From: Candidatus Hadarchaeota archaeon
GTDB taxonomy: Archaea > Hadarchaeota > Hadarchaeia > Hadarchaeales > Hadarchaeaceae
Direction of reading: 5' to 3'
Length of the DNA: 32,000 nucleotides
NCBI GenBank assembly: GCA_964514965.1
Contig: CAZETV010000001.1
Span: 60,001-92,000, forward strand
Within the stretch, counting starts at the first letter, position 1; the number at the start of each line of letters is the position of its first letter. Both the position numbers and the translations under genes were made by a program. Under the pieces are notes generated by a model. That model made no database searches. It was not told where the DNA came from and saw nothing but the letters and a program-made list of their open reading frames with translations. Positions 25,380 through 32,000 of the stretch are shown in pieces.

Positions 25380-26783
25380 ATGCTACATTTCATAGGGTTC
25401 ATTCTGCTCGCTCTAGGTGCTGTGATGTTGGTACCGACTCCAGTGACATTTATAGCGAACGAAACCTATTTGCTCCCATATTTCGTAGTCCCAGCAGTCA
25501 TCGTCTTAGTGCTAGGATTTTTCCTAAGGCGGCGTTTTCCACCTGTGGATATAACCTTGGGCAAGGCAATGGTGCTTGTCGCCATTAGTTGGATAATATT
25601 CTCGGCATTCGGCTCGATACCTTACATCTTCGGCAACCACATGCTAGTCGAGGACGCTTATTTTGAGAGCATGTCTGGTTTCACGGCTACAGGATTAACA
25701 ATGTTTTCTAATGTTGACGCAATTCAACCAACCATCCTTTTCTGGCGCAGTCTAACCGAGTGGGTGGGCGGTATGGGTGTGATCGTTCTCTTCTTAGCAG
25801 CTCTCATCGGCGCGGGGAAAGCAGCTCGGAAGATATATGTTGCTGAGGCGCGAGCTGATCGCATCGAGCCAAGTATTCGAGAAACTGCTCGTTCCTTATG
25901 GAAGATATACGTGTTACTCACTCTTCTGGGCATTGTTGGATTATACTTCGCAGGTGCACCCAACATGTCGCTGTTTGAAGCAGTTAACCACTCAATGACG
26001 GGAATTGCCACTGGCGGATTCAGCGTGCGCAACGCGAGTTTTGTGGGGTATAGCTTTCCCGTGCTTATAGTTACGATTTTGATAATGATGGCAGGCGCGA
26101 TTAGCTTCGCGGTCCATCGAAGAGTCATGACCGGGCATTGGCGAGAACTTTTCCAAAACATCGAGGTTCGGCTGATGCTCGTACTAATAGCGCTGGCCAC
26201 ACTTTTGCTTATGTGGAGCGTGGGATTGCAGAACGCACTATTTCAATCCGTTTCTGCTCTGACTGGAACAGGTTTCTCCACGACCAACCTCTCAACGTGG
26301 GGAGATCCCCAAAAGGGACTGCTCACGATTCTTATGGTTATAGGTGGAGGGTATGGTTCAACCTCGAGTGCGATCAAGCTCATCCGGACCGTAGTCATCG
26401 TTAAATCGGTCCACTGGATGATTAAGCGAAGCTTTCTTCCGGAGCGAGCTGTTGTGCCGATGAAAATATCTGGTAGGATTTACAGCGAACAGGAGATGAT
26501 GGAAACTTCCATTTATGCATTTCTCTACATTATCGTGCTGGTAAGCGGTGCAATAGTGCTGATGGCAATGGGCAACTCAGCCATTAATTCGGTATTTGAG
26601 TCGGCCTCAGCTCAAGGGAACGTTGGCTTATCTGTGGGGATAACTTCAGCAGCAATGCCCTTAGTTGGAAAGATAAGCCTGACAGTTCAAATGTTGGTAG
26701 GACGCCTTGAGATAATTCCGGTGATAGCGTTCGTTAGCTACCTGATAGCTAGGGTGCCTCGCCCTCGGCAGAAGCCCTTCTAG
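25380..26783 (+). CDS. trkH: Trk/Ktr-type potassium uptake membrane subunit (TrkH/KtrB family)
   Basis: It is 467 aa and polytopic, with repeated pore-loop-like segments (SGFTATGL, TGIATGGFS, LTGTGFST, AQGNVGLS). GGAGGT lies upstream of the ATG. Confidence 0.85.
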   Translation: MLHFIGFILLALGAVMLVPTPVTFIANETYLLPYFVVPAVIVLVLGFFLRRRFPPVDITLGKAMVLVAISWIIFSAFGSIPYIFGNHMLVEDAYFESMSGFTATGLTMFSNVDAIQPTILFWRSLTEWVGGMGVIVLFLAALIGAGKAARKIYVAEARADRIEPSIRETARSLWKIYVLLTLLGIVGLYFAGAPNMSLFEAVNHSMTGIATGGFSVRNASFVGYSFPVLIVTILIMMAGAISFAVHRRVMTGHWRELFQNIEVRLMLVLIALATLLLMWSVGLQNALFQSVSALTGTGFSTTNLSTWGDPQKGLLTILMVIGGGYGSTSSAIKLIRTVVIVKSVHWMIKRSFLPERAVVPMKISGRIYSEQEMMETSIYAFLYIIVLVSGAIVLMAMGNSAINSVFESASAQGNVGLSVGITSAAMPLVGKISLTVQMLVGRLEIIPVIAFVSYLIARVPRPRQKPF

Positions 26784-27345
26784 ATGGCGGGCGCACGAAG
26801 ACACGGTATTTGTCGGAGCCCTCTAACTCCATTATTATCCGTTTTGCAATCAAGCCTTTCGGGTTGGTTAATCCCTTTACTCTTTTATCTAAATTATCAA
26901 AGTCCGCGAAGAAGCCCTTCTTCCGCTCTTCGATGATCGCCCACATAAGTTTCTTCCCTATTCCTGGGATGAGTTCAAGTTGGTGGAAGCGCGTAGTCAG
27001 AGGCGTGGCACGATTGAAGAATTCTATGAATCGTTCTGGGGCCTCGCTGATCAGTCCCTCTATTGCGACTGGCAGCTCTGCTTTTGCCGCAGCTGTGAGC
27101 TCATCGTAACCCACACGGCGTTTGATTCTTTCGACTTTGTCTCGCCCGCCTTTGCCTATAAAAACGCGTTCGTGAGGGGTAAATATCACTCCTGCTATGG
27201 GCACGATTTCAAGCAGGGTGAAAAACGTGTCTCCAAGAATTTGAGCTATGGGCTCACGCAAATGGATTGGCCTAGGGTCACCCGGGTTCCCATTAGGCAA
27301 GAAATCCAACACTACGCCTCGGTCTTCATACTTTTTGTCGACCAA
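26749..27345 (-). CDS. DUF655 / COG1491 predicted nucleic-acid-binding protein (OB-like N-terminus plus HhH)
   Basis: It has GVVLDFLPNG at the N-terminus and LELIPGIGKK (HhH). It sits downstream of rpoF as in the conserved archaeal L21e-RpoF-DUF655 cluster. The start is TTG. Confidence 0.75.
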   Translation of the reverse strand: MVDKKYEDRGVVLDFLPNGNPGDPRPIHLREPIAQILGDTFFTLLEIVPIAGVIFTPHERVFIGKGGRDKVERIKRRVGYDELTAAAKAELPVAIEGLISEAPERFIEFFNRATPLTTRFHQLELIPGIGKKLMWAIIEERKKGFFADFDNLDKRVKGLTNPKGLIAKRIIMELEGSDKYRVFVRPPSRRASAEGEAP

Positions 27346-27372
27346 GAATACGCGCCTCCAACTAACTAGAAA

Positions 27373-27711
27373 CTACTTCCTGTACTCGTTAATTAGCTCT
27401 AAAATTTTTTTGATATCCTCATCTTCAAGCATTGTTCGTTCTTTTGCGAAAATGAGTTCCACATCCTCTTTTCTCTCGGGCATAAGATCAACGAGTGCAA
27501 TTGCTTGATGTTCCCTTATTTTCTCAAGCTTGAGCAACTCACCGACCAGTTCCCCTGTTTTTTTGATATCTAACTTCGCAAATTTTTGCGCGTAATCGTA
27601 GGTGAGCCGTTGTCCGTACTCCAACTCTCCCTGCTTTTTTTGTTTTTCGAGGATTTCAAGTACTTTGGCCAGTGATACGGGTTTTTCACCTGTTACCCCT
27701 TTTCCTATCAT
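27373..27711 (-). CDS. rpoF: DNA-directed RNA polymerase subunit Rpo4 (RpoF)
   Basis: It is 112 aa with the family pattern of PVSLAKVLEILEK...YAQKFAKL...LMPERKEDVELIF. It overlaps rpl21e at an ATGA. Confidence 0.8.
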   Translation of the reverse strand: MIGKGVTGEKPVSLAKVLEILEKQKKQGELEYGQRLTYDYAQKFAKLDIKKTGELVGELLKLEKIREHQAIALVDLMPERKEDVELIFAKERTMLEDEDIKKILELINEYRK

Positions 27712-28007
27712 CTTACCCCCACCATTCTAAGGTGTTCTGGGCGGGAAATAACCTTTTTGATGGAGCCCCCGTCCCTAATTTCGACCACGTAAGCTCGCCC
27801 ACAACGTTCCTGAACAACTCCAATTCTGCCATGGTACCGCGGGTGGGGCTGCCCCTTCGCGATGCTTGGGTCAAGGATAATTGTAACCTTCGTGCCAGGC
27901 CCAATCGGCTGAATCACTCGACTCACAGGCGAAAGCCCACGTTCACGAACATGCTTGGTGAGCTTTCTTCTGCTTTTGCTTCGAAGACCTTTCGATCTTT
28001 TAGCCAT
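27708..28007 (-). CDS. rpl21e: 50S ribosomal protein L21e
   Basis: MAKRSKGLRSKSRRKLTKHVRERG...HPRYHGRIGVV...RPEHL is the typical L21e pattern. I start at ATG 28007 (GGTG 6 nt upstream) rather than the track's 28061. Confidence 0.88.
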   Translation of the reverse strand: MAKRSKGLRSKSRRKLTKHVRERGLSPVSRVIQPIGPGTKVTIILDPSIAKGQPHPRYHGRIGVVQERCGRAYVVEIRDGGSIKKVISRPEHLRMVGVR

Positions 28008-28061
28008 GATAACACCATAAGTAATAGGTTTTCCTAACATTTCTAAACTACTCGTTCTCAC

Positions 28062-29456
28062 TTAAGAACTTTTTCTGCTAGCTCCCTTTCCTATATCGTG
28101 AGATATTTCCTTCGGTAATTGTTTCATTAGCTTTGCAAACGGGCCAAATTTCGGTCCTCGTCCTTTTATCATCTTTTTAATCAACTTTTTCATGAGTTCA
28201 TATTGTTTTAGCAATTCTTTAACATCTGTCTCACCTGTGCCCGAGCCTCGGGCTATTCGGTGAATTCGTGAGGCGTTGAGCAACTTCGGATTTTCGAGTT
28301 CCTCAGGAGTCATTGACTGCATGATAACCTTAAAACGCTTTAGTTTCTCCTCTCCAACCCGCATCTCTTCTTCCGGTATAGCTACCCCCAGTCCAGGGAC
28401 CATCTGCATAAGCTTCTTGAGGGGACCCATTTTTCCCATCATTTCAAGCTGGCTGTAAACGTCTTGTAAAGTTATCTTGCCTGCGAGGATTGCTTTCATA
28501 TCAGCAGGCTTCATATCTTCGGCTTTTGCGGTCTCCTCTATCTTCTTCAGTAATGTCTCAATATCGCCCATTCCAAGCAAGCGAGCCACGAAGCGCTCGG
28601 GCACAAAAGGCTCGAGATCATCTAGGTGTTCACCGACACCTATGAACTTAATCGGAGCCTCAGTTGCCGCAACCGCCGAGAGAGCTCCACCACCTTTTGC
28701 CGTGCCATCCAATTTGGTAATCAAAATCGAGCCTATGTTCGTTGCAGCTTTGAATGCGGTGGCCTGCTCTTTTGCCTGTTGTCCCATTGTCCCATCCACG
28801 ACAAGCATAATTTCGTCTGGCTCTATTGTTTTGGCGATTTGATGCATTTCTTCCATCAGGGCTTCCTCTTTGCGATGCCTACCAGCCGTGTCAACGATGA
28901 TTAATTCAAGATGCTCTTTTTTGTGCTGCTTGACGCCCTCCTTTGCGAGCTTAATCGAATTCTTGGCTTGGGGTTCACCGAAAAATCTTGTGCCCACTTG
29001 TTGACTAAGTTGACTGAGCTGTTCGTACGCACCTGGGCGAAAGGTGTCCGCACAGACAATGCCAACCTTGAAGCCCCGTTTCTTGAAGTGAGCGGCTAGC
29101 TTTGCCACCGAGGTCGTTTTTCCACTTCCTTGAAGGCCGACCATCAATAGTACCGTGGATTCTCCGGGCTTGAGCTGTAGTTGGGTTGGGCGCCCCATGA
29201 GCTTGGAGAGTTCTTCGTATACAATTTTGATGATGTGTTCCTTGCGTGCCATGCCAGGGGGAAGCTTCTCATCGAGTGCCCGCTTTTCTATTCGCTTCGT
29301 CATTTCCAGCACGAGTTCTACATTGGCGTCCGCCTGCAGTAGAGCGCGCTGGATATCCCGCACTAGCTCCTTGATTACTCGCTCGTCAATGTGGGGCGCG
29401 CGTGTCAGCTTTCTGAGGGCGCTGTGCAGGGTCCTACCAAGTCTGTCGAGAACCAT
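28062..29456 (-). CDS. srp54: Signal recognition particle protein SRP54
   Basis: It has an N domain, a G domain ([20 protein letters not shown]) and a Met-rich M domain ([13 protein letters not shown]). It is 464 aa. Confidence 0.93.
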   Translation of the reverse strand: MVLDRLGRTLHSALRKLTRAPHIDERVIKELVRDIQRALLQADANVELVLEMTKRIEKRALDEKLPPGMARKEHIIKIVYEELSKLMGRPTQLQLKPGESTVLLMVGLQGSGKTTSVAKLAAHFKKRGFKVGIVCADTFRPGAYEQLSQLSQQVGTRFFGEPQAKNSIKLAKEGVKQHKKEHLELIIVDTAGRHRKEEALMEEMHQIAKTIEPDEIMLVVDGTMGQQAKEQATAFKAATNIGSILITKLDGTAKGGGALSAVAATEAPIKFIGVGEHLDDLEPFVPERFVARLLGMGDIETLLKKIEETAKAEDMKPADMKAILAGKITLQDVYSQLEMMGKMGPLKKLMQMVPGLGVAIPEEEMRVGEEKLKRFKVIMQSMTPEELENPKLLNASRIHRIARGSGTGETDVKELLKQYELMKKLIKKMIKGRGPKFGPFAKLMKQLPKEISHDIGKGASRKSS

Positions 29457-29509
29457 AGGGTATCACGTTCAATAATCGTTTGTCAAGTTGTATTAAATAA
29501 ACGAGGAGG

Positions 29510-30550
29510 CTAAGCTCTTCTCTTGGGCATTAAGATCGTGCGAATCGGGAACGGGATCGTGATGCCCTCCTTCTTGTAGCGTTTGTGTAGCTCCTTGACA
29601 AACTCATGAGTGATCAAGTACTTGTCCACGAATTCTTTGACCCTCAGGATGACGGTGAAATTTATACTAAAGTCGCTGAAGGTGTGATAACGGATGAAGG
29701 GCTCGAACTCAGGCACCCCACCAGTCACTTTTTTCAAAACTTTTTTACCTACATCAATGGTCACTCTTTCCACTTTCTCAAGGTCGCTGTCGTAGGCCAC
29801 TCCAACCTGGACCAAGCAGGCCATCTGTGGCTCGGGTAAGTAGTAATTGGTGACTATTGCTCCCGCCATTTTTGAGTTAGGTACTACAATTATGTTGTTT
29901 GGAAGTTCGCGTATTCTTGTGCTACGCCAACCGATCTCTTCCACATAGCCTTTTTGACCGGAGTCTAGCTCGATATAATCGCCTACCCTTACGGGTCGGT
30001 CGGACATAATGTAAATGCCGGCAAAGAACTCGGACAATGTTCCTTGAAGGGCGAACGCAACTGCGAGGCCCCCTATCCCAAAGGCTGCGACTAATGCGGT
30101 CACTTGAATGCCAAGTGCATCTAGTATAAGTAAGAATGCTACAAAAAAGATGATAATTTTCATGATTTTCTGGAGCGTTGGTACGAGTGTTTTCACGCTG
30201 GGGCGCACTGTGCCGTAGTACTTTAATATTCCAGTTATAATCCTCGTGGCGCACCATGTTGTTATTAAGAGTATTAACAGGTAGCTGATGGTCGGGATAT
30301 ATCGTATAACCTCAGCAGGGACAAACGTTGCACGCTCAAGAGCAAAGTTAATCCCCATAATCAAGAATATTGCAACTATCGGCACTTTAATAGCAGCGAG
30401 AATGATATCGTCGATTTTGGTTTTCGTCTTTCTGGTGAGCCTACTGATGTAAATGTTTAACACAAATCTCAGCGCGTACCCCGCCACAATGAACCCGATT
30501 AATATTAAAATCGGCGTTAGTATTTGCCAGAGTTCTTCAATGGTCATCAT
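29510..30550 (-). CDS. mscS: Small-conductance mechanosensitive channel (MscS family)
   Basis: It has N-terminal TM helices and a pore helix (AAFGIGGLAVAFALQ). A beta-domain block follows (PVRVGDYIELDSGQKGYVEEIGWRSTRIR...NSKM). Confidence 0.88.
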   Translation of the reverse strand: MMTIEELWQILTPILILIGFIVAGYALRFVLNIYISRLTRKTKTKIDDIILAAIKVPIVAIFLIMGINFALERATFVPAEVIRYIPTISYLLILLITTWCATRIITGILKYYGTVRPSVKTLVPTLQKIMKIIIFFVAFLLILDALGIQVTALVAAFGIGGLAVAFALQGTLSEFFAGIYIMSDRPVRVGDYIELDSGQKGYVEEIGWRSTRIRELPNNIIVVPNSKMAGAIVTNYYLPEPQMACLVQVGVAYDSDLEKVERVTIDVGKKVLKKVTGGVPEFEPFIRYHTFSDFSINFTVILRVKEFVDKYLITHEFVKELHKRYKKEGITIPFPIRTILMPKRRA

Positions 30551-30624
30551 TTACACCAATGTTATTTTATAATCATATCTAAAAAACATATTTAAAACAT
30601 CGCTTCCACTATTTCTTGGTTTTA

Positions 30625-32000
30625 ATGGTTTCTGCGAATGATATACAGGTGCTTGTGAAATCTAAGTTGAAAGGATACAAATTTCTAATTGTTTCTAACC
30701 GTGAGCCTTACATCCATATGCACACGCCTGATGGGGTGCAGGTTAAGACCCCCGCTGGAGGTCTGACAGCGGCTCTGGACCCCCTGATGCAGACTACCGG
30801 CGGAACGTGGGTGGCAGGCGGTAGTGGGGATGCCGATCGGGAAAACGTAAATAAACAAAATCGGTGCCGGGTCCCCCCCAGTAACCCGAAATATGTGCTT
30901 AAACGGGTCTGGATGTCAAAGGACGAGGTGGACAAGTTTTACTTCGGTTTTTCGAATCAGACGCTCTGGCCCCTCTGCCATAACGTGTTTCGGGAACCCG
31001 TTTTCAAGAAATCGTTCTGGAACGGTTACAAGCACTCGAACGCACTGTACGCGGAAGCTATCAGGCAGGAGATGAAGGGAATAGATAAAGCTTTCATTTG
31101 GTTTCATGACTATCACTTGGGGCTAGCACCAAGAATGGTCAGGAATGGAGCCCCGAAAAAACAAAAGCTTGTGCTTGCTCATTTTTGGCATATTCCTTGG
31201 CCCACATGGGATACATTCACCCTTCTACCGTGGGGGGAGGCGATACTCGACGGCATGCTCGCGAACGACCTCATTGGTTTTCACCTCCATAGTTATTGTG
31301 TCAACTTCTTGACGAGCGTTGAGAAGGTGATGGGAATTAAACCCGATTACAGGACACTTAACGTGAGATATAAAGGACGCAGCATTCACGTGAGGCCCTT
31401 CCCTATAAGCGTGGATTTTGAAACCATTGATAAACTGGTGAGAAGCCCAGGGGTAAAGCGGGAGATGAAGCGCGTCCGAGCTCTCCAGTACATTCCATAC
31501 AAATATATCGGTGTAGGCGTAGATCGGATTGACTACACAAAGGGCATCATTGAGAGGTTCAGGGCCATAGATCGGTTTTTGGAGAAGTACCCAGAGTACC
31601 AGAATAATTTTGTGTTCGTGGAAGCAGGGGCACCAAGCCGCACACGAATTCCAAAGTATATGGAACTGAACGAGGAGATATCTAAAGTTGTCGAAAAGAT
31701 TAATTGGAAATACATGAGGGGCTATTGGAAACCTATCATTTACATTGGGGGAAAGTTGGGTCCAGATAAACTTTTCGCATTATACAGAACCGCTGATGTT
31801 TGTTTAGTGAGCCCGATTCAAGACGGGATGAACTTGGTGGCGAAGGAATTCATCTCTGCAAATTTAGATTGCACGGGAGCGTTGATGTTAAGCAAATTTG
31901 CGGGAGCAACAGAGGAACTGGAGGGTGCCGTGATAATCAATCCTTATGATGTGGAGGGATTTGCAGACGCGATTAAAGATACTTTGGGCATGTCGCTGAA
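30625..32000 (+). CDS. otsA: Alpha,alpha-trehalose-phosphate synthase (GT20, OtsA-like), 3'-truncated by the window end
   Basis: My own translation from ATG 30625 (frame 1) stays open to 32000: MVSANDIQVLVKSKLKGYKFLIVSNREPYIHMHTPDGVQVKTPAGGLTAALDPL...FSNQTLWPLCHNVF...WFHDYHL...DRIDYTKGI...QDGMNLVAKEF. All are GT20 hallmarks. It is absent from the ORF track because it has no stop codon. Confidence 0.88.
   Translation, partial: MVSANDIQVLVKSKLKGYKFLIVSNREPYIHMHTPDGVQVKTPAGGLTAALDPLMQTTGGTWVAGGSGDADRENVNKQNRCRVPPSNPKYVLKRVWMSKDEVDKFYFGFSNQTLWPLCHNVFREPVFKKSFWNGYKHSNALYAEAIRQEMKGIDKAFIWFHDYHLGLAPRMVRNGAPKKQKLVLAHFWHIPWPTWDTFTLLPWGEAILDGMLANDLIGFHLHSYCVNFLTSVEKVMGIKPDYRTLNVRYKGRSIHVRPFPISVDFETIDKLVRSPGVKREMKRVRALQYIPYKYIGVGVDRIDYTKGIIERFRAIDRFLEKYPEYQNNFVFVEAGAPSRTRIPKYMELNEEISKVVEKINWKYMRGYWKPIIYIGGKLGPDKLFALYRTADVCLVSPIQDGMNLVAKEFISANLDCTGALMLSKFAGATEELEGAVIINPYDVEGFADAIKDTLGMSL

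Noticed and set aside
28008-28061. The N-terminal extensions of rpl21e (track start 28061) and of rpl40e (track start 16616).
   Set aside because: Both families normally begin at the internal Met (MAKRSKG... and MAKFEAAE...). Each internal ATG has its own GGTG/GGAG-type SD, and the extensions are unconserved-looking.
1-32000. CRISPR arrays, transposases/IS elements, integrases, toxin-antitoxin pairs or defence islands.
   Set aside because: I scanned the spacers and all hypothetical ORFs. I saw no direct-repeat arrays, terminal inverted repeats or recognisable mobile or defence protein motifs. The window looks like core chromosome.

Overview
This window is an archaeal chromosomal segment, about 45-50% G+C by eye, densely packed with housekeeping and energy genes. 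I saw no CRISPR array, transposase, integrase or recognisable defence system. The archaeal assignment rests on ribosomal proteins L40e, L21e and S26e, RNA polymerase subunit Rpo4/RpoF, GGGP synthase and SRP54. S26e together with non-canonical tRNA introns points to a TACK-type (Thermoproteota-like) anaerobe.

Gene content, left to right:
- A truncated hdrA sits divergent from a group-3 [NiFe] hydrogenase module (mvhG, mvhA, maturation protease).
- On the opposite strand lies a sufC-sufB/D-mvhD unit.
- Two membrane proteins flank a GC-rich structured RNA island.
- asd follows.
- A translationally coupled lysine (DAP) operon reads class-III aminotransferase, lysA, lysC, dapA, dapB, plus an AT-richer polysaccharide-pyruvyl-transferase-like gene.
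- nnrD, rpl40e and GGGP synthase follow, then rps26e.
- A four-subunit 2-oxoacid:ferredoxin oxidoreductase comes next, followed by hypF and a CPBP protease.
- A cluster of small conserved archaeal proteins follows (wHTH, UPF0148 zinc ribbon, UPF0147, one unknown).
- trkH is next, then the conserved DUF655-rpoF-rpl21e-srp54 block.
- The window ends with mscS and a 3'-truncated otsA.

The most interesting object is the RNA island at 6803-6993. I read it by hand as an initiator tRNA-Met split into five exons by four introns (D-loop 16/17, anticodon stem 30/31, canonical 37/38, T-loop 59/60). The anticodon lies on a 7-nt micro-exon. The in-silico spliced 75-mer has all the hallmarks of an archaeal initiator. 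Nothing was checked by database search. All protein calls rest on motif recognition in the supplied translations.
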